Counted from the stretch's first letter, positions 28,902-39,298 are shown. The stretch is DNA of 64,000 bases from Bacteroidia bacterium (GCA_020849295.1 JADLGN010000016.1:8099-72098); one strand, 5' to 3'. A program made the numbers and translations. The notes: a model not told the origin generated them from the letters alone.

Positions 28902-30428
28902 TTAATATTTAATATTTTTTAGTGCTTTTTCAAGTCTTATAATGCTATCATTTTTACCAAGCAATTCTATCATATTAAATAGTGGAGGACCACCGGCTTC
29001 GCCACTTATAGCTACTCTCAATGGTTGTAATAATTGCCCGGTATTTATTGATTTTTGCAGAGCAAGTTCTTTAAATGAATTTTCAAGGTTTTCTGCTGAA
29101 AAGTTCTCTTCTTTTTTTATTATATTTAAGAATTCTTCAATAAATTGATGGACAATATCCGACCATTTTTTTGACACTACTGCTTCGTCATATTTTGTTG
29201 GATGTGTAAATAGATAATAGCCCTTTTCTATGATTTCTTTTGCAAAATTTACTTTTTCTTTCATCAAACTAACAGCTTTAGTCATAAAGTCAATATTAGT
29301 ATTATAACCATTTATTTCTGCCAAAGTCATTAAAGAATTTGCAATTTCAGCATTATTCTGCATTTGTAGATATTTATGATTGAACCAAAGTGCTTTGTTC
29401 TGGTCAAATTTCGCACCATTCTTACTTACCCTTTCTAATGAAAACTCATTAAATAGTTCATCAATGGTAAAAATTTCGCGGTTATCACTCGGATGCCATC
29501 CTAAAAATGTAAGCATATTTATTACTGCTTCTGGCAAATATCCACTTTCTCTGTACCCACTTGATTTTTCATTAGTAAATGGGTCAGTCCACTCAAGCGG
29601 AAAAACCGGGAAACCTAATTTGTCACCATCGCGTTTACTAAGTTTGCCATTTCCTTCAGGTTTTAGCAAGAGTGGGAGGTGGGCAAACTGAGGCATTACA
29701 CTTTCCCATCCAAAATATTTATATAGCATTACATGCAATGGGGCAGAGGGCAACCATTCTTCGCCTCGTATAACATGTGTAATTTTCATCAAATAATCAT
29801 CAACTACATTTGCCAAATGATAAGTGGGCATTCCGTCACTTTTATATAAAACTTTATCGTCCATTTGCGTAGTTTGTACAACTACCCACCCTCTTATTAT
29901 ATCATGAAATCTTACTTCGTCTTTTCGCGGAAGTTTTATTCTTATTACATAAGGTTCATTGTTTGCAAGTCTTTGTTTTACCTCGTCACTGCTTAGTGTA
30001 AGGCTGTTTTTCATAGTCATTCGGCTTGAAGCATCGTATTTTGAAGGTAGTTTTGCTGCCTCAAGTTTTTTTCGCATTTCTTCAAGATCCTCTATAGTAT
30101 CAAAGGCATAATAGGCAAAATCATTAGATACAAGTTGGTCAGCGTATTGTTTGTAAATCTCTTTTCTTTCACTTTGACGATATGGAGCATGATGACCTCC
30201 AATTCCTACGCCTTCATTATATTTTATTCCAAGCCATTTAAAGGTTTCAATAATATATTCTTCGGCTCCGGGAACAAAGCGTGTTTGATCAGTATCTTCT
30301 ATTCTTAACAAAAAATCTCCATCATGTTTTTTTGCAAAAAGATAATTGTATAATGCTGTTCTTACTCCTCCGATATGAAGCGGTCCCGTAGGGCTGGGGG
30401 CAAATCGAACTCTTACTCTTCTTTCCAT
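28902..30428 (-). CDS. gltX: glutamate--tRNA ligase
   Basis: RFAPSPTGPLHIGGVRTALYNY (HIGH motif) and KLSKR (KMSKS motif). 508 aa. Confidence 0.95.
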   Translation of the reverse strand: MERRVRVRFAPSPTGPLHIGGVRTALYNYLFAKKHDGDFLLRIEDTDQTRFVPGAEEYIIETFKWLGIKYNEGVGIGGHHAPYRQSERKEIYKQYADQLVSNDFAYYAFDTIEDLEEMRKKLEAAKLPSKYDASSRMTMKNSLTLSSDEVKQRLANNEPYVIRIKLPRKDEVRFHDIIRGWVVVQTTQMDDKVLYKSDGMPTYHLANVVDDYLMKITHVIRGEEWLPSAPLHVMLYKYFGWESVMPQFAHLPLLLKPEGNGKLSKRDGDKLGFPVFPLEWTDPFTNEKSSGYRESGYLPEAVINMLTFLGWHPSDNREIFTIDELFNEFSLERVSKNGAKFDQNKALWFNHKYLQMQNNAEIANSLMTLAEINGYNTNIDFMTKAVSLMKEKVNFAKEIIEKGYYLFTHPTKYDEAVVSKKWSDIVHQFIEEFLNIIKKEENFSAENLENSFKELALQKSINTGQLLQPLRVAISGEAGGPPLFNMIELLGKNDSIIRLEKALKNIKY

Positions 30429-30437
30429 TTATGTTTA

Positions 30438-30445
30438 CAAAAATA
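30438..30445 (-). promoter_or_regulatory. candidate -7 element (TATTTTTG on the minus strand)
   Basis: Plus-strand CAAAAATA. It lies only 10 nt upstream of the gltX ATG, so this would imply a nearly leaderless mRNA. Confidence 0.25.
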
Positions 30446-30491
30446 CATTTAACATAAGCAAAGCCAAAAGCAAAATATTATTAAAATTAAT

Positions 30492-30854
30492 TTAAATAGG
30501 AAATTGGTTTAAAAATTTTATTTCACGAGTTTCAAAATTTATTTCACTTATTAAATGTTCATATCCATTAGTAATCATCATAAATTTTGCCTTCAAATAA
30601 AGATTATATACGGCAAGTTGTTGCATTGTTTTTTGAGTTAATTTTATTTCAGGGGCTTTACATTCAATAGCAATATATGGTTTGCCGTTAGTATCAAAAA
30701 TTACAATATCAAATCTTTTTTTCATATTGTTTATTTTTATCATTCTTTCAATAGATATTAGTCCTGAAGTAATATTTTTTTCATTAATTAAATAGCAAAT
30801 TAATTTTTGCCTTACAGCCTCTTCAGGGGTTAAAAGTAATTTTTTTTTTCTCAA
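30492..30854 (-). CDS. type I restriction enzyme HsdR N-terminal domain-containing protein (stand-alone small protein)
   Basis: LTPEEAVRQKLICYL ... DIVIFDTNGKPYIAIECK pattern. The track start is a TTG, but conserved sequence continues upstream to 30938 without a canonical start (see findings). Confidence 0.6.
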   Translation of the reverse strand: MRKKKLLLTPEEAVRQKLICYLINEKNITSGLISIERMIKINNMKKRFDIVIFDTNGKPYIAIECKAPEIKLTQKTMQQLAVYNLYLKAKFMMITNGYEHLISEINFETREIKFLNQFPI

Positions 30855-30998
30855 ATTATCATAAATATAATGCTTGTTGTTTTCTGTAAAAACACTTAAT
30901 GAAATTTTATTGTAATTGAAATTTTTCAGATTTTTTGATTAAAATTTTGTTGGCAAAATAAAATGAAAAATTAATATTTTAATTGCATTTTCGCACAA

Positions 30999-32009
30999 AT
31001 GGCAAAGCAAAATTCAAGCATTTCTTTTGAAACTTTAATAAGTAAAATAAATAGAAAGGAATACAGCGAAGTTTATACGCTTTGTGGAGATGAACCTTAC
31101 TATAATGATATAATTTGCAATAAACTTGAAACAGAAGTTTTAAGTGAATCAGAAAAAAGTTTTAATCAGTCAATATTTTATGGGAAAGAGATTGATACAT
31201 ACACTATAGTAAATGCAGCAAGAAGATATCCTATGATGTCTGAAAAGCAAGTAATAATAGTTAAAGAAGCACAATATCTTACACAACTTGATGTGTTAAA
31301 TCAATACCTTGAAAATCCGCTAAAAAGTACAATTCTGGTTTTTTTATTCAGAGGTAACGGTCAGTTAAAAAGAACAAACACTTTTAAGTTACTTTCAAAA
31401 TTTGAAGTATTTGAAAGCGAAAAAATACCTGAATATAAAATTGAAGATTGGATTGAAAATTTTTTAAAAAATAAAGGATATAAAACTGATAATGCAGGGA
31501 TAAGGCTTATAGCTGAATCATGCGGCAATCAACTAAGTACCATTGCAAATGAAATAAATAAAATTATTTTAAACATTGGCGATAGAAAAAACATTTCAAC
31601 ATCGGATATTGAGAAATTTGTTGGAATAAGCAAAGAATATAATGTATTTGAATTACAAAAGGCTATATCAACACATAATGTTCAACATATTTCAAAAATC
31701 ATATATTTTTTATCAATTGATACCAAAAACAATTCAATTATTGCGGTAGTAGCATATCTTTATTCATACTTCACAAAATTACATCTTGCAGCATCCAATG
31801 ATGTTAATAAGGATACTGAACTTGCTTCTATTCTCGGTGTGTCACCATATTTTGTTAAAGATTATAGAAATTCTTTAAAATTTTATAATGTTTCAAAAAT
31901 TGAAAAAATTATAAAGTGCCTTAATGAAATAGACCTAAAAAGTAAAGGGCTGAATTCTTCTTCAAACGACGAAGAACTATATAAAGAATTATTAATAAAT
32001 CTTATTTAA
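30999..32009 (+). CDS. holA: DNA polymerase III subunit delta
   Basis: 336 aa. N-terminal YTLCGDEPYY...FYGKE pattern and family length. Confidence 0.8.
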   Translation: MAKQNSSISFETLISKINRKEYSEVYTLCGDEPYYNDIICNKLETEVLSESEKSFNQSIFYGKEIDTYTIVNAARRYPMMSEKQVIIVKEAQYLTQLDVLNQYLENPLKSTILVFLFRGNGQLKRTNTFKLLSKFEVFESEKIPEYKIEDWIENFLKNKGYKTDNAGIRLIAESCGNQLSTIANEINKIILNIGDRKNISTSDIEKFVGISKEYNVFELQKAISTHNVQHISKIIYFLSIDTKNNSIIAVVAYLYSYFTKLHLAASNDVNKDTELASILGVSPYFVKDYRNSLKFYNVSKIEKIIKCLNEIDLKSKGLNSSSNDEELYKELLINLI

Positions 32010-32011
32010 TA

Positions 32012-33493
32012 CTATTTATTTTTTCCAGCTTTACTGTTTTTTATACTATACGAAAAATAAATAATAAATCCAATCAACAGCCATATTAATAATCTTGACC
32101 AATTAGGCCAACCTAATCCGTATATCATTGCAAGGCATACTATAACCCCTAAAATTGGAACAATAGGAACTAATGGTGTTTTAAATTCTCTTTTTATTTC
32201 AGGATTTGTTTTTCTTAAAATCATAACACCGGCACACACTAATACAAATGCAAACAGAGTCCCAATACTTGTCATATCTCCCACAATATCGCCGGGAACA
32301 AAGGCTGCAAAAAGACCAACAAAGACCATGAATATTAAATTTGATTTATACGGAGTTCTGTATTTTTTATGAACTTCGCTAAAAACTGGAGGTATCAATC
32401 CATCTCGGCTCATTGAAAAAAACACACGACTTTGCCCCATTAACATTACAAGAATTACCGAACTGAAACCCGCAAGAATTGCAATTGTTACAAGTTTTGC
32501 AAGCCAGTCGTATCCATGCATGTAAGTATGTATAGCATAAGCAATAGATGCTTCTTTACCTTGATTTCTGAAATCATCAACAGATGCAACACCTGTAAGA
32601 ACATGTGCAAACAAAATATACAATACAGTGCAAATTACAAGTGAACCTAAAATACCAATTGGCATATCTTTTTTGGGATTTTTAGATTCTTGTGCTGCGG
32701 TACTTACTGCATCAAAGCCGATAAAGGCAAAAAATACAACACCTGCTGCTCCAAGAATACCCATTAATCCTCCAAAATTATGCTCTACGCCCTGGCTGTC
32801 AATATGTTTTGTTGCTTGAGGAATATATTCAGCATGATTTACAGGATTAATAAATGACCATCCGAAAACTATAAATAACACTACAATTGCAACTTTGGTT
32901 ATTACAATTATACCATTTACCCAAGCAGATTCCTTCATACCTCTTATAAGCAAAAATGATAATAAAATAATAATTAACAAGGCAGGTAAATTCATTATCC
33001 CGCTTACACCATCTATGGATGTTTCAAAAGGCGAATGGCACCATTGATAAGGTATATGCATTCCAATATACTCTAAAAGTTTATTTAAATATTCGCTCCA
33101 TGCAATACCAACAGTAGCTGCACCTAGAGCATATTCAAGTACTAAATCCCAACCAATTATCCAAGCTACAAGTTCTCCCATTGTTGCATAACTATATGTA
33201 TATGCACTACCTGCTATGGGAATCATACTCGCAAATTCTGCATAACACAATCCTGCAAATGCACATCCCAAAGCAGCAACTATAAATCCAATGGTAACAG
33301 AAGGACCTGCATTATTTGCAGCAGCAGCAGCAGTTCTAACAAATAATCCTGCACCAATAATTGCACCAATTCCAAGAGCAATAAGATTTGTAACACCTAA
33401 GCTTCGTTTTAATGTTTTTTCATCATCAATTTCGTTTTCATCAGCTTCTTTTATCAGATGATTAATGTCTTTTTTTACAAATAAATTTTTCAT
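32012..33493 (-). CDS. amino acid permease (APC superfamily, cationic amino acid transporter-like)
   Basis: About 12-14 TM helices, with GIGAIIGAGLFV and AYTYSYATMGE motifs. ATG at 33493 (MKNLFVKK) preferred over the track start at 33538. Confidence 0.85.
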   Translation of the reverse strand: MKNLFVKKDINHLIKEADENEIDDEKTLKRSLGVTNLIALGIGAIIGAGLFVRTAAAAANNAGPSVTIGFIVAALGCAFAGLCYAEFASMIPIAGSAYTYSYATMGELVAWIIGWDLVLEYALGAATVGIAWSEYLNKLLEYIGMHIPYQWCHSPFETSIDGVSGIMNLPALLIIILLSFLLIRGMKESAWVNGIIVITKVAIVVLFIVFGWSFINPVNHAEYIPQATKHIDSQGVEHNFGGLMGILGAAGVVFFAFIGFDAVSTAAQESKNPKKDMPIGILGSLVICTVLYILFAHVLTGVASVDDFRNQGKEASIAYAIHTYMHGYDWLAKLVTIAILAGFSSVILVMLMGQSRVFFSMSRDGLIPPVFSEVHKKYRTPYKSNLIFMVFVGLFAAFVPGDIVGDMTSIGTLFAFVLVCAGVMILRKTNPEIKREFKTPLVPIVPILGVIVCLAMIYGLGWPNWSRLLIWLLIGFIIYFSYSIKNSKAGKNK

Positions 33494-33564
33494 AAAAAAT
33501 ATAAAGTGCCAAACATACATGAATTTTAGCAAATTCAAAATTTATTAATTAAAAATAGTAAAAT

Positions 33565-33595
33565 AAAAAAGGGCTTTTAATCAAAGCCCTTTTTT
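33565..33595 (-). terminator. Rho-independent terminator downstream of gldN
   Basis: GGGCTTT (33571-33577) pairs with AAAGCCC (33583-33589) across a 5-nt loop, flanked by an A6 run and a T-run. On the minus strand the hairpin is followed by TTTTTTATTT, 24 nt after the gldN stop. Confidence 0.75.
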
Positions 33596-33618
33596 ATTTT
33601 TATGAAATAATGATAGGT

Positions 33619-34437
33619 TTAATATTGCCACAAGTCGTGTTCTAAAATAAACAAGTCATTTTTAATTCTGTCACTTTCTAATTGAGTTGCAATTCCATCA
33701 TCTTTAAATTCTTCAAACAAATTAATGTCTAAATCATACATATTTGATTCTTTAACAATATAACTTGAAAACATTCTCATTTGGAAAAAATCATCAAACG
33801 AAAGTCTTGCAGCGTCATTCATGCTATTAAATAATTCTATATTTACAATTATCGGTCTTAAATCATCCATTTTAACCCAATAAACAGGTTGTTCTCCTAA
33901 CTCAACACCAGCAAAAATTGGCTTAAATAAAGGAGCAATTGCAATTATTTTAGCTCTGAAATCAGAATAATTATGGTCAAAAATCCAATCTTCCATAATC
34001 CTGTATTTTTTAATTGTTGAAGGATCGAAAGGTATAATAATTGTTGAATCTTTTGTCATGCTTGGATCGTCAGGAAATGCAGGGTCTTGAACGGTTGTTG
34101 TAAATTCTCTTGTACCTCTTTTAAGAATTTCTTCAGGAGTAAATATAGAAGATAAAGAGTCATTTCTGAAAGGCTTAAGTTTACCAGTCATTACATTGTC
34201 GTGTATAACTTTGTAAAAAGGACTTCTTGGCCAATCCATAACCTTGTTCATTTTCTCACGAACATCAATAACTCTGTCAATTCTTTTAGCCCATTTAACA
34301 TTAGCCTCACGGATATATCTGTATGGTATTACCTTTCGTTCGGCAACTGCTTGTTTTGGGAAAGTCCAGTCTTCGTATTGAGCATTTGATGAATATGCTA
34401 TACTTAACGTAACAATTGCAAATATTATTTGACGCAT
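33619..34437 (-). CDS. gldN: gliding motility / T9SS periplasmic ring protein GldN (PorN)
   Basis: Signal peptide, YRYIREANVKWAKRIDRVIDVREKMN and MEDWIFDHNYS blocks, and its position as the last gene of the gldKLMN operon. Confidence 0.85.
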   Translation of the reverse strand: MRQIIFAIVTLSIAYSSNAQYEDWTFPKQAVAERKVIPYRYIREANVKWAKRIDRVIDVREKMNKVMDWPRSPFYKVIHDNVMTGKLKPFRNDSLSSIFTPEEILKRGTREFTTTVQDPAFPDDPSMTKDSTIIIPFDPSTIKKYRIMEDWIFDHNYSDFRAKIIAIAPLFKPIFAGVELGEQPVYWVKMDDLRPIIVNIELFNSMNDAARLSFDDFFQMRMFSSYIVKESNMYDLDINLFEEFKDDGIATQLESDRIKNDLFILEHDLWQY

Positions 34438-34452
34438 AATTCTATGTTTTTT

Positions 34453-36027
34453 TTAATTTATATTTATTGCTATTGGAGCTAATTTTTTGGTTATTCCACC
34501 AGGACCTTGAGCCACAATATCATCTACCAATATTTTATCACCTCTTTTAGCTTTTGTAATTGCACTTTTAATCTGACCTGTAATACTTGCACCTACACCA
34601 TTAAAAAATTCTGCCTGTCCACGACGTGGAACATAAGCACAAGAGTATTTTGAAACAGTCCATTTTATACCTTCAAATACAAAGTTTGGCATTGAAGCAG
34701 TAATTGAGTTTTGTCCTAATAATGCTGCTGCTGGATAGTTCCCACTTTCTAATGCTCCAAACATTGATTCTGGTTTTGGTACATTTTTGATACGGTATTC
34801 TACTGAACCCATTTTTCTTACAGAACCGTCTTTTACTTTTACAGAAGCTGTAATTGTAGCTTTACCGGGTGAAGATACTTTTGCTATCCAACCTTTTCCA
34901 GACCTTGATAGTGAACCTCCCGAAATTGTTGCTACAATATCGTTTGGAGTATATCCGGCAACTGCAATAGAAATTGGATTTTCAAGACCTATATATAAAA
35001 CATTCATAGCATCTGCCGAAATTGTAGCTGCTCCTTGAAATGCTTGGTATTCGGCTTCAAATGGATAAGACACTGTTCCTTCAGGTCCTTTAACCTGAAT
35101 TGTTCCGTTCCATTTAAATGTACCTTGATTAGATGGTCGTGCAGTATAAATTCCTTTGCCATCTTCCATTGGTAATGTTCTACCTCCAACTACAACCGGA
35201 TTTTCTGATTTTGAATTTGATGCCACTAATAAAACCTCTGCTTTATATTCTGAACCAACCATTACAGCAGTTGAATTTGCAATTACTTTTGCTTCTAATC
35301 TATCAAAAGATACTTTTTTCTTATCTATATTCCTAGTCAATGCTTCTATAATATCAGCTTCAGTATTTCTACAGTCATTCTGGATTTTTGTAAGCATAGT
35401 AATAACACTTGCAAGCGGGGAATGTTCAAAGTACATTACAGCCCAACTTGGGTATTTTTTAGTGTCATAATCGGTTTTAAGATTGGTAAGTGTTGCAATT
35501 TTATTTCTGTCTTTTTCATCTACTTTCACTTTCGCATCATCTTTTAATAAATCAAGTAATTTTGTACGTGTATTATTTACCTGGTCAGTAAGCTCTTTAG
35601 CTTTTGCATCTTTTGGGTTTTTGAATAAATAATGTGCATGTAACTCAATATTATCAGCCATTGCTAATTCAGTTTCACCATCTTTTTCACCATGTTCAGG
35701 TATTTTTCTACCGTCGGCTTTAGTAATAAGAGTCTTTTTTAATTCTTCAATATATTTTACAAATTCACCTGATACTTTTTTAACTTCCAATGCACGTTCA
35801 TAATATGGACCAACTTCATCTTTTCTATTGTTTGCTTGTTCTTGCAAAGCTTCAAGAATATTTTGGTTTTTCTTATCAACGTTACTATTGGCTTGGTTAA
35901 AACTAACTTCCATCAAGTGAAATGCTTTTAATATTTCTTTTGATACGTTCAAGGCAAGCATTGCTGTTAATACGAGATACATCATATTAATCATCTTCTG
36001 CCTTGCCGATAGTTTTCCGCCTGCCAT
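34453..36027 (-). CDS. gldM: gliding motility / T9SS motor-associated protein GldM (PorM)
   Basis: N-terminus MAGGKLSARQKMINMMYLVLTAMLALNVS (conserved Arg9 and TM helix), a long periplasmic region, and operon position. Confidence 0.9.
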   Translation of the reverse strand: MAGGKLSARQKMINMMYLVLTAMLALNVSKEILKAFHLMEVSFNQANSNVDKKNQNILEALQEQANNRKDEVGPYYERALEVKKVSGEFVKYIEELKKTLITKADGRKIPEHGEKDGETELAMADNIELHAHYLFKNPKDAKAKELTDQVNNTRTKLLDLLKDDAKVKVDEKDRNKIATLTNLKTDYDTKKYPSWAVMYFEHSPLASVITMLTKIQNDCRNTEADIIEALTRNIDKKKVSFDRLEAKVIANSTAVMVGSEYKAEVLLVASNSKSENPVVVGGRTLPMEDGKGIYTARPSNQGTFKWNGTIQVKGPEGTVSYPFEAEYQAFQGAATISADAMNVLYIGLENPISIAVAGYTPNDIVATISGGSLSRSGKGWIAKVSSPGKATITASVKVKDGSVRKMGSVEYRIKNVPKPESMFGALESGNYPAAALLGQNSITASMPNFVFEGIKWTVSKYSCAYVPRRGQAEFFNGVGASITGQIKSAITKAKRGDKILVDDIVAQGPGGITKKLAPIAININ

Positions 36028-36076
36028 TTTCTCTTTCTTAGTTTTTTATTTTATAATTCTTTATATACTAAAATTA

Positions 36077-36709
36077 TTATGGTCTCATTGCAGTAAGCAT
36101 ACCACCATAAATTTTATTCAATGCATTCAAATTGCCTTGTAAATCATTAAATGTTTGACCTACACCGCTCATTTGACCTGAAACATTTTTTAATGATTCT
36201 GTAGAATCAGCTAAATGATTTAATGCTTCAATAGTTCTGGAGTATGTTGAACTCATTGAACTCATATTAGCAGTAGCTTTTTGAATATGTTCAGTATATT
36301 CTTTAGTAGCAACAGTAGCGTTTGACAAATCAGCCATATTGCTAACATTTGAACTAAGTGATTTTAATCCTACACCTAAACTTTCAACTAATTCTGGACC
36401 AATTTTAGCTTCAGCAAGCATTTTGTCTAATTGTTGTGCAACAGGGTCTGCCTTTTTCTTAGGACCGCTGTCCATTCCTGCTAATTCAGGATAAACTAAT
36501 GTCCAGTCAAGTTCTTGATGAACAGGTTCAAATGCTGAAATTGCAAATATTATCGCTTCGGTAGTCATACCTAAAATCAATAATTGGTCAGCAAACTCCC
36601 AGTGCATAATTTTAAATAATGCACCAATAATTACAATTGAAGCTCCAAGCCCGTAAGCCATAGAAACGAACTTCTTAAATCCTTTACTTTCAAATACACT
36701 TTTGCTCAT
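36077..36709 (-). CDS. gldL: gliding motility / T9SS motor protein GldL (PorL)
   Basis: Two N-terminal TM helices (YGLGASIVIIGALFKIMHW, LILGMTTEAIIFAISAFEP) with the TM2 glutamate retained, and a cytoplasmic coiled region. Confidence 0.9.
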   Translation of the reverse strand: MSKSVFESKGFKKFVSMAYGLGASIVIIGALFKIMHWEFADQLLILGMTTEAIIFAISAFEPVHQELDWTLVYPELAGMDSGPKKKADPVAQQLDKMLAEAKIGPELVESLGVGLKSLSSNVSNMADLSNATVATKEYTEHIQKATANMSSMSSTYSRTIEALNHLADSTESLKNVSGQMSGVGQTFNDLQGNLNALNKIYGGMLTAMRP

Positions 36710-36736
36710 TTTTGTACTTTTTTAAATTTTAATTTG

Positions 36737-36767
36737 ATTTATTTTATTTTATTTTATTTTATTTTTT
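36737..36767. repeat. (ATTTT)n pentanucleotide microsatellite, about 5 units
   Basis: gATTT ATTTT ATTTT ATTTT ATTTT ATTTTTT, spanning the gldK stop codon (36759-36761) and the gldK-gldL spacer. Confidence 0.8.
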
Positions 36768-38012
36768 ATCCATTGCAGATCTGCCTATGTATGTTTGAAC
36801 GCATCTAAATCCTATATATGATTTGCATGTGTCCTGATATTCATAAGTACGACTCCCATTTTGTATGAAATATGCAATATCTTTCCACGAACCTCCTCTA
36901 ATAACTTTACGTTTCATAGTAATTGATTCATCTTCTCTTGCGTCGTATTGATAATCTGGATTTAAATCATGTGAAAACTGATGAGTAGATTCTGAATATG
37001 CATTTATAGTCCATTCAGCTACGTTTCCTGCCATATTATATAGTCCATAATCATTAGGGAAGTATGCATCTGCTCTTACCGGACACATTCCTCCATCTCC
37101 CATATAATCGCCTCTGTTAGGTTTGAAGTTTGCCAAGAAACAACCTTTACTGTTTCTTGTATATGGGCCACCCCATGGGTACATATTGTTATCCCTGTCA
37201 CCTCTTGCAGCGTATTCCCATTCAAATTCAGTAGGAAGACGGAATTCTTCAGTAATTGGTTGACCAATTGATTCCCAATATCTGTTTAACCATTCTGTAC
37301 GCCATTTGCAAAATGCTTTTGCTTGTTTCCAGTTTACACCTACTACTGGATAGTCATCATATTTTGGATGCCAGAAGTATTGTCTGGTCATAGGTTCATT
37401 ATAACTATAAGCAAAATCTCTTATCCAGCATAGAGTATCAGGATAAATTGGCACAGATTCGTTTTTAACAAATGAACTACGCTTTTTTGTGCCTTTTTGT
37501 GTAGCTGCAGCTTCACGGTAATCAATCCATTGGTATGTAAATATTAACTTGTCTGTGTCATATTGTTTTTTGTGTCTGAATCTTTCGCCTGGAGTGTAAT
37601 ACATCTGATCAAGATCTTCACTTTTATAATCTATTTTTTTCTTATAGTCTAAAATTACATAATTATCACCTGCATTTTCAATTTCTTGAGTTAGTTCAGT
37701 TATTGTTCTTGCTAACGAGTCAATCACATAATATACAAACTGACGATATTCGTTATTCGTTATTTCTGTTTCGTCAACCCACATTGCAGCAATAGATACC
37801 TGCTTGTTTGGTGCAATATATGAGCGAAAAATATCCTGATCACTCTGTCCGGTATGAAATGTTCCCGTTTTTACATATACTGTACCATAAGGCTGTGGAT
37901 GAAACCATGGCTTGCGTCCGGGCACACCTGTTAACTCTCCTCTGTTTTGGTTCATACAACTTGCCATGAACATCAAACCTGCTATTGTAAGAATTTTTCC
38001 TATTCTTCTCAT
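36759..38012 (-). CDS. gldK: gliding motility / T9SS lipoprotein GldK (PorK), FGE-sulfatase (SUMF1) fold
   Basis: Lipobox FMASC; SUMF1-type blocks (PVVGVNWKQAKAFCKW, YGLYNMAGNVAEW, VIRGGSWKD). Confidence 0.9.
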   Translation of the reverse strand: MRRIGKILTIAGLMFMASCMNQNRGELTGVPGRKPWFHPQPYGTVYVKTGTFHTGQSDQDIFRSYIAPNKQVSIAAMWVDETEITNNEYRQFVYYVIDSLARTITELTQEIENAGDNYVILDYKKKIDYKSEDLDQMYYTPGERFRHKKQYDTDKLIFTYQWIDYREAAATQKGTKKRSSFVKNESVPIYPDTLCWIRDFAYSYNEPMTRQYFWHPKYDDYPVVGVNWKQAKAFCKWRTEWLNRYWESIGQPITEEFRLPTEFEWEYAARGDRDNNMYPWGGPYTRNSKGCFLANFKPNRGDYMGDGGMCPVRADAYFPNDYGLYNMAGNVAEWTINAYSESTHQFSHDLNPDYQYDAREDESITMKRKVIRGGSWKDIAYFIQNGSRTYEYQDTCKSYIGFRCVQTYIGRSAMDKK

Positions 38013-38143
38013 TTTACTATGGTTATATTTTTTTGAACTTGCAATAATAATTTATTTAATTTTAAATTCAAGATTATTTTTTTTTAAAATTCTTTTTATT
38101 AACGACTTGTTCTTTGTAATTATTGTGTAAATATTTAAAAAAT

Positions 38144-39223
38144 TTAATATGCTCCTTTTCCTAAAAATCTTGGTGATAGTCTGAATATTTTTTCGGGAGG
38201 TGGTGGAAATGAAATTGGAATACAATATTTTGCAAATACTTCATGTGTTCCGTCACTCACTCTTCTTATTTTTGTCATGGTTATATCGTAAGAATATCCA
38301 ATTTGTACACCCCACTTTTCAATTCCAACAATTAATGAAAGAGCATCTGCTGCCGAACGATACCCTAATCCGCATCTTAATGAATTAGCATAAAGTGCAG
38401 TTGTACTTAAGTCTATCTGTAATTTAGGATTATATTTTACAAGTATTGCAGGTTCTAATTTCCAATTTTTATTTGCCAAAGCATAATCTCCTCCTGTTGA
38501 TAAATATAGATATCTTACAAAATCCATATCAACAGAACCTTGGCTATTGTCTGCCATTGTTAATGTAAACTGATATTTTGCAGCATTTAGGTGATTGTAG
38601 GCTACTCCAACATAAAAGTCCTGAATTTTTTTTAAGAAAGTTTTTTGTGAATACATAAATCCTATTCCTAAGTCAAGGTTTGCTGCATTTCCTCCTTGTG
38701 TTGGAATATGTTTGTCTCCCGGGTCTATATATTTAAATTTTGGGTCATCATATCCAAAAGATGTAGAGCCAACTTCTAATCCAAATGACACAAAGTTAAA
38801 ATTGCCTTGAAGTGTATGTTTGTAATTAACTTGTCCTTTCATAGTTGTTGTTTTCATAAAACCAACTTTATCGGCAAGTAATGTAAATCCAACTCCTACT
38901 TTATTTCTACCTTTTTTGTCAATGTTTAATAATGTGTTGACATTTAAATTATGTGTTTCAGGTGCTACATTTTTTATTACTTCAGGGTTGTTACCAATTT
39001 CAGTTCCTCTGACAAATGTTTGGTCATTATATTGTCTGTACTGGAAGTGGGTAAGTGCAGTTATACAAATATTATCAACTTTTACTCCTGCAGCAGCAGG
39101 GTTGTATGCTTGCTGATTGAACCTGAAATGAGTATAGTAAGGATCATGCTGTGCCTTTGAATACAAGCTTGAAGCTATAATACTTACTACTAAAATTGAT
39201 TTTAAAAAGTAGTTATTTGACAT
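38144..39223 (-). CDS. porP: T9SS outer-membrane protein, PorP/SprF family
   Basis: Signal peptide, then AQHDPYYTHFRFNQQAYNPAAAG (PorP/SprF N-terminal signature) and a beta-barrel body. Lies directly upstream of gldK. Confidence 0.8.
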   Translation of the reverse strand: MSNNYFLKSILVVSIIASSLYSKAQHDPYYTHFRFNQQAYNPAAAGVKVDNICITALTHFQYRQYNDQTFVRGTEIGNNPEVIKNVAPETHNLNVNTLLNIDKKGRNKVGVGFTLLADKVGFMKTTTMKGQVNYKHTLQGNFNFVSFGLEVGSTSFGYDDPKFKYIDPGDKHIPTQGGNAANLDLGIGFMYSQKTFLKKIQDFYVGVAYNHLNAAKYQFTLTMADNSQGSVDMDFVRYLYLSTGGDYALANKNWKLEPAILVKYNPKLQIDLSTTALYANSLRCGLGYRSAADALSLIVGIEKWGVQIGYSYDITMTKIRRVSDGTHEVFAKYCIPISFPPPPEKIFRLSPRFLGKGAY

Positions 39224-39298
39224 ATTTGGGTATAAAGTACAAATGTGGGAAATCTATTTTTACTATGCAAGTATTTTATTATGATTTTTTTAAAAGAT

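Noticed and set aside
30492-30941. HsdR N-terminal domain gene as a sign of a restriction-modification or defence locus.
   Set aside because: It is a stand-alone 120-150-aa domain protein flanked by gltX and holA. No methylase, specificity subunit, helicase/nuclease body or other defence genes are nearby.
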